This document shows, piece by piece, positions 1 to 9,750 of a DNA stretch of 25,634 nucleotides. Numbering within the stretch: position 1 is the first letter of the stretch; each line of letters starts with the position of its first letter. The notes under the pieces are model-generated. The model saw nothing but the letters and a program-made list of their open reading frames with translations. It ran no database searches and was not told the origin of the DNA. Origin of the DNA: Tupaia chinensis. Its lineage: Eukaryota. The position numbers and the translations under genes were made by a program. Where the stretch lies: positions 1,900,211-1,925,844 of the forward strand of contig NW_006159706.1 in the NCBI RefSeq assembly GCF_000334495.1. Reading direction: 5' to 3'.

Positions 1-78
1 TCACTGGGGCGGGGACGCGACCCGCAGTCGACTACGGGGGAGTCCAGCAACATAGCCACTACACTAACTGCTGGTCCC
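1..78 (-). mobile_element. tRNA-derived SINE (long family), head portion truncated by the window edge
   Basis: Reverse-complement reads gggaccagcagttagtgtagtggctatgttgctggactccc..., matching the other SINE heads in the window. Confidence 0.7.
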
Positions 79-81
79 TGT

Positions 82-357
82 GTTTGTTTTTTTTATAGAC
101 AGATTTTTGCTATAGGGCACATATGTTTGCCAGAAAGACAGAGAGAGGCAGAGAGACAAAGTGAAAAATCGCTGCCCCCCCCACCCCCAAGGGAAGATGG
201 CCACACTGCAATCCTTTCTCCTCCATTCTTCTCTACAGATCTTGGGCACTTACGCCCGTGTGCCCAGCGTGAGTTTAAGCCACCGGGTTCAAAACGCGAA
301 CCGTAGTCGACTGCATGGGAGTCCAGCAATGTAACCATTATGCCATCTGCTGGTCCC
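82..357 (-). mobile_element. tRNA-derived SINE, long family, full length
   Basis: T-rich tail at the low end. Body 'tgctatagggc...gagaaatc...ggatggccac..caatcc.ttctcctccattc'. Head '..agtcgactgcatgggagtccagcaatgtaaccattatgccatctgctggtccc'. Confidence 0.8.
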
Positions 358-427
358 AAGGTCTCCAGTCTTGAACCAGAAACCTCCTCTCCATGTGGCC
401 CCTGGAAAATGAAAAATACATTTATAA

Positions 428-652
428 GGCCAGCTCCATAGTATAGTGGTTAAAAGACCGCATCCAACATGGCCAACCATGGTTTGAATCCTGGCCCCGG
501 TAGCTTTAAAAACACGAGTACATGTATGTGTGTGCCTAAAATCATGACAGGATAGAGAAATGGAAGAGAAGGACTTGCAGCAGGACCATAGGGGAGCTTT
601 CTCCTTCTCCTCCTCCCTCTGTCTGGTGAGTGCACACACCCTCTAGCAATGA
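428..652 (+). mobile_element. tRNA-derived SINE, long family variant
   Basis: Head 'ggccagctccatagtatagtggttaaaag...catggtttgaatcctggcc'. Body 'cctaaaatcatgacagg..gaaatggaagagaagg...ggtgagtgcacacaccctctagcaatg'. Confidence 0.7.
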
Positions 653-687
653 TGTGTGTATATGTGTACACCTATTATACATACAGC

Positions 688-920
688 TTTTATTTGCTGC
701 AGGGCATGTATGCTTGCTAGAGAGAAAAAGTGACAAATTGCCCCCCGCCCCCAAGGGGGATAGCCAGGCTGCAATCCCTTCTCCATTTTCCTCTTGGGAT
801 CCCTGGCATGTATGCACGTGTACCTGGCATGCTTTGGAAGCTGCCAGGTCCAGGTCTCGAACTGTACAGGCGGCCATGTGGAATCCAGCCTCCTTAACCA
901 TCATGCCACTGGCTGGCACC
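688..920 (-). mobile_element. tRNA-derived SINE, long family variant
   Basis: Reverse-complement head 'ggtgccagccagtggcatgatggttaaggaggctggattccacatggcc...gttcgagacctgg', with the common body. Confidence 0.7.
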
Positions 921-1318
921 ATTTTTTTTTTTAAGACAGCTGGCCTAATTTGGCTCCCAAACCAGATTTTACTGACCTGCCTCCCCACCCCCCATTATAC
1001 CATCCCAGGAAAACAAAGCATGACACAAAGGAGCAGCAGCAATAGGTTGATTCTTAACTGTCCAGCTTGTGAGGATTCAGGTCCTTGCAGCTTACCGACT
1101 CTTTCAAGGACGTGTTTGCCTGGATGAAGTTCTGGAGGGTTTGCATAGACAGTCTAGAACACAGGCCTCAGTATTATCGTGTGGGGGGGCACGGAATGCA
1201 TTTTGGGCTCCTGACTTCAACACAAGCCTGAGACAGCACGTCCTGGGGGCAGAGGTGCCCTCAGAGACGGCAGCAGTCCTGGGTGACAACTGCTCCTGAC
1301 GCCCTTCTCCCCCTTTAG

Positions 1319-1600
1319 GGAGAGAAGTCTTTCTTCCTCCAGCCAGGGGAGAGGCTGGAACGGGGCATCCAGGACGTGTACGTGCTGTCGGAGCAGCAGG
1401 GATTGCTGCTCAGGGCCCTGCAGCCCCTGGAGGAGGGGGAGGACGACAAGACCGTCACACGCCAGGCTGGGGACCGCTGGCTCATCCGTGGGCCCCTGGA
1501 GTACGTGCCGTCTGCCAAGGTGGAGGTGGTGGAAGAGCGCCAGGCCATCCCTCTGGACGAGAACGAGGGCATCTACGTGCAGGACGTCAAGACCGGAAAG
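1319..1600 (+). CDS. MVP: MVP coding exon ([27 protein letters not shown]...[10 protein letters not shown]), phase 0, 94 codons
   Basis: Translation matches major vault protein repeat-domain region. Acceptor cccctttag|GG at 1317-1318, with an in-frame TAG immediately upstream. Donor AAG|gtaaca at 1601. Confidence 0.9.
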
Positions 1601-1934
1601 GTAACAGCTGAGGGACGGGCGGGGGGCTGCCGTGGGCCATGGTCGGGGCTTCCTCACAGCACAGGGGGATGCTTCTGGGGAGAGGTACATGGTAGAGGTG
1701 GGGGGACCTTGTGGCATTTGACGAGCTGTCAGGTAGGTATAAGGGCATCTCACGGAGTATGAGTCTTAAAGATCCAATTGCAAATCTAAGAAACTCCAAC
1801 TGAAAAGATGAGCGGTGTTACAGGACGGGACTCCGTCCAACTGCAGATCTGGCTCCGGCATAATAGCCTGACTGGAGTGTGGCCTACACACAATAAGAAC
1901 CTCTTCCCCAAGGCCCATGTCCGTCCATCCGTCC

Positions 1935-2135
1935 TCCTTCCTTTCTTCCTTTCTTTCTAAGATTTATTTAATTTTATTTATTATTATTTTTTTAAAGATT
2001 TATTTTAAATTTTACTTATTATCATCATTCCTCAATTTTGACCAGAGAGACACAGACAGAGAAAGGGAGAGTGAGAAAGCAAACCACCAGGTTCGGGACT
2101 CAAACTGTGGCCAGCCATGTGGGACCCCAGCCCCT
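1935..2135 (-). mobile_element. short-family tRNA SINE with A/T-rich tail
   Basis: Reverse-complement 'ggggctggggtcccacatggctggccacagtttgagtcccgaacctggtggtttgctttctcactctccc...tctctggtcaaaattg' followed by an AT-rich tail. Confidence 0.7.
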
Positions 2136-2306
2136 ATTATTATTATTGTTTTTAATTTGTTATAGGGCATTTGTACTCACCAGAGACAGACAGAAAAAGA
2201 GATACAGAGAGAAAGAGAGAAAAAGTGAGAAAGCAAGCCACCAGGTCTAGGACGCAAACTGTGGTTGGCCATGTGGGAGTCCAGCCCCCCACCACCTGTT
2301 GGCCCC
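2136..2306 (-). mobile_element. short-family tRNA SINE
   Basis: Same short-family structure in the - orientation ('...gtgagaaagcaagccaccaggtctaggacgcaaactgtggttggccatgtgggagtccagcccc'). Confidence 0.65.
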
Positions 2307-2309
2307 TTG

Positions 2310-2612
2310 GTGGAATCTTTTCTTTTCTTTCTTTTTTTTCTTTCTTTTTTCTTTCTTTTTTTTTTTTTTTTTGAGAGGTTTTTGCTATAGGGTGCGTGCG
2401 CTTGTTAGAGAGAGACGGAGATAGAAAGCAAGAAATCACCCCCCAGAGGGGATGGCCATGCCACAATCCCTTCTCCTCCATTCTCCTCTTGGGATCTTGG
2501 GCACACACGCACACGCGCCCAGCGTGAGTTTAAGCCACCGGGTCTGGAACACAAGCCGCGGTCGACTACATGGGAATCCAGCAACATAGCCATTACGCTA
2601 ACTGCTGGTCCC
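2310..2612 (-). mobile_element. long-family tRNA SINE, full length with long (TTTC)n/T tail
   Basis: Poly-T/(TTTC)n tail at 2308-2372, then body and head ending 'gcaacatagccattacgctaactgctggtccc'. Confidence 0.8.
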
Positions 2613-2849
2613 GGTGGAATCTTTTCTTTTTGCTATTTCATTGAAAACCTTGACCTCCAACCTCTTTCTCTAAGAACCTAACCTAGAAGCACAACTCAGA
2701 ATTCTAAGAGGAATTAGTGTACATAGACTACCCACTTCCTAGGATCCCATCCAGCCCCTTGATGCCCTCCAAGCATGGAGGAAGATTCTAGAAATAATAA
2801 CATTGGGCCCTTACTATATGCCAAGTGCTGTTCTGCAAATGAGACATGG

Positions 2850-3000
2850 GAAACGTCATTCATTCCCCAGCTCTATGAGGTAGCCTCTAGCAGGACCATT
2901 TTTCAGATGAGGAAACTGACACCCAGTGGATGAAACAGCTTGCCGGAGTAACAGCGTGCAGTTAACTAGCCTGAGACTGAACCTGGCCTCGCCGCAGAGA
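2850..3000 (+). mobile_element. MIR (ancient tRNA-derived SINE) fragment in MVP intron
   Basis: 'tttttcagatgaggaaactgacacccagtgga...cagcgtgcagttaactagcctgagactgaacctggcctc' matches the MIR core consensus. Confidence 0.65.
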
Positions 3001-3113
3001 CCATGTTTAGCCACAATGCTATACCAACCCTGAGCCGCCTCTGCTTCAGAGCACTGGTTGGGTCTTCCCCCCCTCCCTCACTGGTGACATCCCTACTTGC
3101 CTTCGTCTTCCAG

Positions 3114-3358
3114 GTGCGTGCTGTGATTGGAAGCACCTACATGCTGACCCAGGACGAAGTCCTGTGGGAGAAAGAGCTGCCTCCTGGTGTGGAGGAGCTG
3201 CTGAGCAAGGGGCAGGACCCTCTGGCCGACAGGGGTGAGAGGGACATAGGCAAGGCCTTTCAGCCTGCCACTCCCAGGAACAAGACCCGTGTAGTCAGCT
3301 ACCGTGTCCCTCACAATGCCGCCGTGCAGGTTTATGACTACAGAGAGAAGAAAGCTCG
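3114..3358 (+). CDS. MVP: MVP coding exon ([30 protein letters not shown]...[10 protein letters not shown]), 245 nt, ends in phase 2
   Basis: Acceptor cttcgtcttccag|GTG. Donor CG|gtgagg; the R codon is completed by the first nt of the next exon. Protein matches the MVP repeat 9/shoulder region. Confidence 0.9.
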
Positions 3359-3427
3359 GTGAGGGGCTGGCCCCGGGTGGCGTGGGGGTGTGGCCCTCCA
3401 CATGTCTGACTCCCTCTCTCTCTGCAG

Positions 3428-3625
3428 CGTGGTCTTTGGGCCTGAGCTGGTGTCACTGGGTCCTGAGGAGCAATTCACTGTGTTATCCCTGTCGGCTGGG
3501 CGGCCCAAGCGTCCCCACGCCCGCCGTGCACTCTGCCTGCTGCTCGGGCCTGACTTCTTTACAGACGTCATCACCATCGAGACAGCAGATCACGCCAGGC
3601 TGCAGCTGCAGCTCGCCTACAACTG
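3428..3625 (+). CDS. MVP: MVP coding exon ([67 protein letters not shown]), 198 nt
   Basis: Acceptor ctctctctctgcag|C after a 69-nt intron. Donor TG|gtaagg; the split Trp codon is completed by G at 5840. Confidence 0.9.
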
Positions 3626-3894
3626 GTAAGGGATGGGGTGGCTGGTGAGGGTTCTGTTGGGTACAGCCCTGGGAGCCCTGAGGAAGACATGCCCGTGCAG
3701 TGCTGGGCTCCTCAGGACAGAACACTCACTCAGGGTCATGGTCAAGTGAGAACCTGGGAGTTCACGCAAATCCAGGGAAGATGCCAGCTCACCTCCTAGG
3801 ACCAGGACTCTGGATGGGAGCAGGACGCTTCCCCAGTGAAATGCCAGGATGTGTTTGGACAAATGTTTAGCGGCAAGGTTACTGAAGGTCAATG

Positions 3895-4113
3895 GGCAGA
3901 GCCAGTAGATGGCATGGTGGCTAAGGTGCTAGATCCCACATAGCTGACTCTGCGGTTCAAGTCCCAGACCTGGTGCCTTAAACATGTCAGGTGTGTGCAT
4001 GTATGCACCAAATCCTGAGAAGAGATTGCGGCCTGACCAACTCCCCGGAGGATGATTTCTCACTTTCCCTCTCTCTGGCAAGTGCTTGTGCCTGATAGCA
4101 ACCTGAAAAAAGA
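3895..4113 (+). mobile_element. long-family tRNA SINE
   Basis: Head 'gggcagagccagtagatggcatggtggctaaggtgctagatcccacatagctgac'. Body 'caaatcctgagaagag...gatgatttctcactttccctctctctggcaagtg...gatagcaa'. Confidence 0.75.
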
Positions 4114-4116
4114 GAG

Positions 4117-4385
4117 GGGGGGGGGGCAGCAGATGGGGTAATGATTACATTGCTGCACTCCCACATAGTCACTGTGGTTTGAGTCCCGGACCCAACGGCT
4201 TAAAACTCGCCCTGGGCATGTGCGAATGGGTGCCCAAAATCCTGAGAAGAGAATGGAGGAGAAGGGATTGTGGCATGGCCATCCCCCTGGGGGGGTGATT
4301 CCTTGCTTTCTGTCTCTCCAGCGAGTGTACTTCCCCATAGCAAAAAACCTCCCAGATAAAATTAAATTTAAATTTAAAAAGGACA
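4117..4385 (+). mobile_element. long-family tRNA SINE, full length
   Basis: 'ggcagcagatggggtaatgattacattgctgcactccc...tgcccaaaatcctgagaagagaatggaggagaagggattgtggcatggccatccccctggggggg..ccccatagcaaaaaacc' with an A/T tail. Confidence 0.8.
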
Positions 4386-4645
4386 AAAGTCGGTGTGGGG
4401 CGGAGCAGGATGATGGTGTAGTGGTAATGCGATCTCTGCAAGGCTGACCCTCGTGGGAGGGCCCCAGGTCCGGAGACCTCCCTGCCCACACCAGGCATGT
4501 GTCTACACACGGTCCAGGGCTGGCTGAGGCTGGGAACGGATCATGACATGAGGACCCTTTTTCCTTTGGGGGTGGGGGAGTAGGGCAGGGGAGGGCTCTC
4601 TCTTTCTTATGAAATAAATAAACAAACAAACTTAAAAAAAAAAAG
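4386..4645 (+). mobile_element. second SINE family (conserved 'ggctggctgaggctgg' core, (AAAT/AAAC)n tail)
   Basis: 'ggggcggagcaggatgatggtgtagtggtaatgcg...ggctggctgaggctgggaacggatcatgacatgaggaccct...gaaataaataaacaaacaaac'. Related copies lie at ~11500-11690, ~13113-13333 and ~15530-15660. Confidence 0.6.
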
Positions 4646-5059
4646 TCACTCTTATGAAATAAAAGAAGAAAAGGTCAGTGGGCCCAGCCGTGGGTGGGCA
4701 GTGTGAATGGGTGTGAGGTGCCCGCCGTGGAGCCACGTGCTCAGGGCTATGTACCAGCCCTGCCGGCTGCCAGCTGCAGCCCTGGGCAAGGACCGTGGCA
4801 CTTCCCTCAGTTTCCCACGAGCAAGATGAGTATGACAACATCAGCCCCCTCATGGGGCTGCTGCAAGGGTGCAGCGAGAACAGCAGTGCCCTGTGTCTGG
4901 GAGAGCACAGACAGCCCGATTAGAATTAGGCGAGATAAGCCATATGCAGGAAAAGTGCTTGACAACTCCCAAGCACCCGGTCCTTACCTCTTGACTGGGC
5001 GTCGCCAGTACCATGACAGAGGCAGATGGGGCTGCCATTTTCCGGGGGACCATAGTGTG

Positions 5060-5170
5060 ACGGGGCACAGACCCAGAGTCAGACTGCCTAGGTTCAGCTT
5101 TCTGGCTGGCTACATGCTGTGTAACCTTGGGCCAGTGACTTAACCTCTCTGGACCTCTATTTGCTCATTC
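5060..5170 (+). mobile_element. MIR fragment
   Basis: 'ctgcctaggttcagctttctggctggctacatgctgtgtaaccttgggccagtgacttaacctctctggacctctatttgctcattc' matches the 5' half of the MIR consensus. Confidence 0.65.
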
Positions 5171-5183
5171 AAAAAATGGAGTA

Positions 5184-5348
5184 GGAACCAGAGGTGGCAT
5201 GGTGGTTGAGGCACTGGACTTCACGTGGCTGACATGGTTCGAGTCCCGGACTTGGCGGCTTACTTTCTCACTTTCCCTCTTTTTCTCTCTGGGGAGCACA
5301 TGTATCCTTCAATAAATTTAAAAATAATAAGTAAAACTAAATAATTCT
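5184..5348 (+). mobile_element. short-family tRNA SINE
   Basis: 'ggaaccagaggtggcatggtggttgaggcactggacttcacgtggctgacatggttcgagtcccggacttggcggcttactttctcactttccctc' with an A/T tail. Confidence 0.75.
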
Positions 5349-5615
5349 TTTTTTTTTTTTTTTTGGAGAGATTTTCACTGTAGGGCGCGTACGCTCGCCA
5401 GACAGACAGAGAGAGACATAGAGACAGAAAGCGAGAAATCACCCCCCAGGGGGGATGGTCACGCCGCAATCCCTTCTCCTCCATTCTCCTCTCGGGATCT
5501 TGGGCACGCACGCACACGCGCCCGGCGTGAGTTTTAAGCCACCGGGTCCGGGACACAAACCACGGTCGACTACGTGGGAGTCCAGCGACATAGCCATTAC
5601 GCTAACTGCTGGTTC
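5349..5615 (-). mobile_element. long-family tRNA SINE, full length
   Basis: Poly-T tail at 5349-5365, body, and head ending 'gtcgactacgtgggagtccagcgacatagccattacgctaactgctggttcc'. Confidence 0.8.
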
Positions 5616-5839
5616 CTTTCTTTCTTAAAAAATGAGATAACATTCATCCCCACTTCCTATGGTGGCTGAGAGGATTAAAAGGGAACGTGAGTAAAGTTTT
5701 TTAGGACTTTACCAGGTACAAATTAGCATTTTTCTCTCTTAAAGGACCCTACCCACAGAGGATGGGTGTTGAAATCTGTCTGAGAGTCAGTGTTTCTTGG
5801 AGAAAACAACTTCTCTATCTTGGGCCTCTGTGTTCACAG

Positions 5840-6226
5840 GCACTTTGAGCTGAAGGACCGGAAGGACCCCCAAGAGACAGCCAAGCTCTTCTCCGTGCCT
5901 GACTTTGTGGGTGACGCCTGCAAGGCCATCGCCTCCCGGGTCCGGGGGGCCGTGGCCTCAGTCAGCTTCGATGACTTCCACAAGAACTCGGCTCGCATCA
6001 TTCGCACGGCTGTCTTTGGCTTTGAGACTTCAGAAACCAGGGGCCCCGACGGCCTGGCCCTGCCTCGGCCCCGGGACCAGGCCATGTTCCCCCAGAACGG
6101 GCTGGTGGTCAGCAGCGTGGACGTGCAGTCGGTGGAGCCAGTGGACCAGAGGACCCGGGATGCTCTGCAGCGCAGCGTGCAGCTGGCCATCGAGATCACC
6201 ACTAACTCCCAGGAGGCGGCCGCCAA
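5840..6226 (+). CDS. MVP: MVP coding exon ([36 protein letters not shown]...[18 protein letters not shown]), 387 nt; shoulder domain
   Basis: Acceptor tgttcacag|G. Donor AA|gtgagt; the Lys codon is completed by G at 6975. Strong identity to the MVP shoulder region. Confidence 0.9.
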
Positions 6227-6974
6227 GTGAGTGGGGCTCAGCCGCTGCACTGCCCACCCAGCCGACCTCTATGGGTCCCCATCTTGACCACCACCAGCCC
6301 CTGACAACACACCCGCTGCCGTCCCTGCCCCAGGGGCCTGTGCTCTACCAAGCAGATAGAATGATCCCGTGAGGTGTGACTCGGATGCCCCTGCTCCTGC
6401 AGCTTCCCACTTTGCTTGTGACAAAACCAGGACTCCTTGCTGTGGCCTTCCATGGACCCTGGGGTCCTGCCCGGCCTCCGCCTACCCGCGTTCTAGCTTC
6501 CTCCACTAGACTGACATGCTCCGGCATCCCCCCTCCCCTGCCCGTTCCTCCTCAAGGCCTCCACACTGGGTTTTCCTGCTACCCGAGGGTTCCTAGAAGG
6601 CTCCTCTGGCCTTCAGCGGGCCACTGCCCTGGAGAGCCCATTTCTTCCTCCCACACTTGCATACCACCCCCTTCGCCCAGTCGCCCATTTTACTACCTTC
6701 GAGAGCTCGTCGCTATCTGTAGTCACCCTTGCTTCCTCTTCCCTTCCCCGTGGAGGGTACGTGGGTAAAGGCAGGGCCCTCACTCCCGGCATGCTGGGCC
6801 CAGCACCAGGCCTGCCTTGTATCACACACACTGTTCTCGGTCGATCTGTGTGTTCAGTGCATGCCAGGCGCAGGCCTGGGTGCCCAGGAGATGTGTGCAC
6901 CCTGCCCTTGGTGTTCTGGTTCCAGCTCTGGCCCCATGCTGGTCTCTTACCCACACCCCCCTGTCCTCACCTAG

Positions 6975-7091
6975 GCATGAGGCTCAGAGACTAGAGCAAG
7001 AAGCCCGTGGCCGACTGGAGAGGCAGAAGATCTTGGACCAATCAGAGGCTGAAAAGGCTCGCAGGGAGCTCCTGGAGCTGGAGGCTCTGAG
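6975..7091 (+). CDS. MVP: MVP coding exon ([38 protein letters not shown]), 117 nt; cap-helix start
   Basis: Acceptor cctcacctag|G. Donor CTGAG|gtgggt. The split Ser codon (AG+C) continues into the next exon. Confidence 0.88.
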
Positions 7092-7252
7092 GTGGGTCGA
7101 GAACTGGAGGAGGAAAGGCTGGCAAGGGCCGAGTGTCTGCCAAAACAGCTGTGTGTGAGGGAGGGGTGGGGGCAAAGCGCTGCTGGGCACAGGTCAGGCC
7201 GTGCGAAGGCAGGGTTTTCTCCTGGGCCTCACCTGCCTCTGCCTCCCCTCAG

Positions 7253-7379
7253 CACGGCCGTGGAGAGCACTGGGACTGCCAAGGCAGAGGCGGAGTCCCG
7301 GGCAGAGGCGGCGCGGATTGAGGGGGAAGGCTCCGTGCTGCAGGCCAAGCTGAAAGCCCAGGCCCTGGCCATTGAGACG
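7253..7379 (+). CDS. MVP: MVP coding exon ([43 protein letters not shown]), 127 nt; cap-helix
   Basis: Acceptor gcctcccctcag|C. Donor ACG|gtgagt. Matches the MVP coiled-coil cap-helix. Confidence 0.9.
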
Positions 7380-7544
7380 GTGAGTCGGGGAGTGAGAGCG
7401 TGGCCTTGGGGCTGAGGATGCCTGTTCATTGCAGTCCCTGAAGTCCGGTGTGACACCACGGGCCTCACATAACGCTCTGACCAGGCATCTGTGGTTTACC
7501 AGAACTTTCCCTGTAGCAGCCCATTTACCAGGACCCTTGCAGGT

Positions 7545-7640
7545 AAGGTTATTGCACCCATCTTACAGACGAGTGCTCGAGCGCTAGCCACGCGACTGCC
7601 AGGTATTACATGTGCTTTACATGTCTGAATTTCTTTAATG
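7545..7640 (+). mobile_element. probable MIR-like fragment in MVP intron
   Basis: 'cccatcttacagacgagtgctcgagcgctagccacgcgactgccaggt' resembles the MIR 'cccattttacagatgaggaaactgagg...cttgcccaaggtcacac' core. Diverged. Confidence 0.35.
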
Positions 7641-7817
7641 CTGGAAATCTAGTCAAGGTGGGTGTCCTCTCCACCCAGGTAAGGGACGAGGTGCAGCTTA
7701 GGGAGCCCCATGGGCCACTAGCTAAGCTGTGGTGTCACAGGATTCACACCCGACAGATACAAGTTCAGAACTCCACCACCTCTGCCTCAGTTCCCTCGGG
7801 TGCGTCCATTAGGCTGA

Positions 7818-8276
<459 letters not shown>

Positions 8277-8456
8277 TGACAAGTGGTTCAAGGAGGTCAG
8301 GGTGATCAGATGAAGAGGGAGGTGGCGCTTTCAGATGAGTTGGTTTCAGGAGGGTCTCTCTGAAGCTTGGCTCCCTAGAGAAGCAAGGAAGAGATGAGAA
8401 GTGACCAGACTCTGACACCATCTCCTCCTGTCGTCCCCCCTCCTCGCTCCCTCCAG

Positions 8457-8675
8457 GTGAGACTGCTGCAGTCCCTGGGCCTGAAATCAACCCTCATCAC
8501 CGATGGCTCCACTCCCATCAACCTCTTCAACACAGCCCTGGGTCTGCTGGGGCTGGGGGCTGAGCCTCAGCCCCAAGCCAGAAAGACGGCCGGTGGGCCC
8601 AGCGCCCAGGAGGGCCTGCTTCTCCAGGGCCCCTCTGCCCCTCAAGCTCCTGGAGGCAACCACATCGTGCCTTAG
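8457..8675 (+). CDS. MVP: MVP terminal coding exon ([72 protein letters not shown]), includes TAG stop
   Basis: Acceptor cgctccctccag|GTG. In-frame stop TAG at 8673-8675. Matches the MVP cap-ring/C-terminal tail. Confidence 0.88.
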   Translation: MRLLQSLGLKSTLITDGSTPINLFNTALGLLGLGAEPQPQARKTAGGPSAQEGLLLQGPSAPQAPGGNHIVP

Positions 8676-8697
8676 CTCTGCTGTGTGACAACGGACA

Positions 8698-8703
8698 AAT
8701 AAA
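8698..8703 (+). terminator. MVP: MVP polyadenylation signal AATAAA (~23 nt after stop; very short 3'UTR)
   Basis: Canonical AATAAA in 'ggacaaataaacgcgacgtttctgggcatttc', followed by a GT/T-rich downstream element. Confidence 0.75.
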
Positions 8704-8789
8704 CGCGACGTTTCTGGGCATTTCAACCTTTTTCTGTTGTCTCGAGTCGGGGTCACCAGGGAGCTTAATGGTAGCAGATTGGGACCCCT

Positions 8790-8890
8790 GAAATCTCGAG
8801 ATTGTTACTAGAGACTACCCTCATCTGTAGAGTGGAGAGGAAACTGAGGCAGGATGAAGAGTGACCCAGTGTCACGCTGATAGGAATGTG
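8790..8890 (+). mobile_element. MIR-like fragment just downstream of MVP
   Basis: 'ccctcatctgtagagtggagaggaaactgaggcaggatgaagagtgacccagtgtcacgctgat' resembles the MIR central domain. Confidence 0.45.
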
Positions 8891-8936
8891 ACCCCAAAGC
8901 CTTATGGGCCAAGCTGTTCTTTTGGCAGTCAGCTTT

Positions 8937-9140
8937 CTTTTTATTTCTTTCCCTTTTTTTTTTTTTTTTTAACTTGCCAAAGAGTATGTGCATTCACTGG
9001 GGAGAGGCAGAGAGAGCGGGAAGGTGAGAAAGCACCCCCATGGAGCATGGTCTCACGTCTCTCTTCCATCTCTTCGTCCTTTTGCGATTCGGGGCATACA
9101 TGTACATGGGCCCTGTGTGTCTTTTATTTTTTTGCCTTAT
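8937..9140 (-). mobile_element. SINE body/tail fragment (long family), 5'-truncated
   Basis: Poly-T at 8953-8970, then body 'ccaaagagtatgtgcattcactggggagaggcagagagagcgggaaggtgagaaagcacccccatgg...'. No recognisable head. Confidence 0.5.
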
Positions 9141-9149
9141 TTTTATTGT

Positions 9150-9360
9150 TTTGCTATTGGCACGTGAGCACATCAGAGAGAGACATGGTAAGGGAGATGG
9201 TGAGAAATCTCCCCCTATGGCCATGCCATAGTCCTTTCTCCAGTTTCAGGATCTGGGGGCACAAATCCATGCACATGCAGCTGGTGTGATTTTCAAGTCA
9301 TTAGGTCCAGGACTCGAACCACAAAGCTGGCCACGTCTGATTCAGCACCTCAACCCCCAC
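9150..9360 (-). mobile_element. long-family tRNA SINE variant
   Basis: Reverse-complement head 'ggttgaggtgctgaatcagacgtggccagctttgtggttcgagtcctggacc' plus body '...atggccatagggggagatttctcacc'. Confidence 0.6.
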
Positions 9361-9369
9361 AGCACCTCC

Positions 9370-9465
9370 TGTGCCTTTTAAGCCACCAGGGTTTTGGGCT
9401 TGAACCATACAGTCGGCTAAGTAGGGTTCAGCTGCTTCAACCACCCAGCCACCAACTGGCCCTAT
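9370..9465 (-). mobile_element. SINE head fragment
   Basis: Reverse-complement 'gggccagttggtggctgggtggttgaagcagctgaaccctacttagccgactgtatggttcaagcccaaaaccctggtggcttaaaagg'. Confidence 0.5.
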
Positions 9466-9487
9466 TTATTTCTTTAATGAGCACATG

Positions 9488-9750
9488 AGGGACCAGCAGT
9501 TGGCACAATGGCTATGTCGCTGGACTCCCATGTAGTCGGCCGCAGTTTGAGTCCCAGACCCGGTGGCTTAAACTCACACTGGGCGCTTGTGCATGCATGC
9601 CCAAGATCCCGAGAGGAGGATGGAGGAGAAGGGATTGTAGTGTGGCCATCCTCCCCAGGGGATGATTTCTCGCTTTCTGTCTCTGTCTTCTGGCGAGTGC
9701 GTGCACCCTATAGCATAAAAAAACCTTTCCAAATAAATAAATAAATATAT
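9488..9750 (+). mobile_element. long-family tRNA SINE, full length, (AAAT)n tail
   Basis: 'gggaccagcagttggcacaatggctatgtcgctggactcccatgtagtcggccgcagtttgagtcccagacccggtggcttaaactcacactgggcg...gagaggaggatggaggagaagggattgtag...ccctatagcataaaaaaacc...aaataaataaataaat'. Confidence 0.85.

Noticed and set aside
921-1010. Possible additional truncated SINE (T-run plus 'aagacagctggcc...')
   Set aside because: It is too short and divergent to assign, so it is left unannotated.
630-1127. 165-aa + strand ORF upstream of the first MVP exon in the window
   Set aside because: It spans two SINE copies (428-652 and 688-920) and low-complexity sequence, so it is a translation of repeat bodies.
1217-1753. 178-aa ORF on the - strand antisense to MVP exon 1319-1600
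   Set aside because: It lies in the alternate frame of a GC-rich coding exon. It has no start context and no similarity to known proteins, which is typical of antisense 'shadow' ORFs.
5834-6372. 138-aa (-) and 155-aa (+) ORFs overlapping MVP exon 5840-6226 in other frames
   Set aside because: These are shadow ORFs created by the codon bias of the true MVP frame. The true frame gives a strong MVP match and the others give low-complexity P/S/R-rich peptides.
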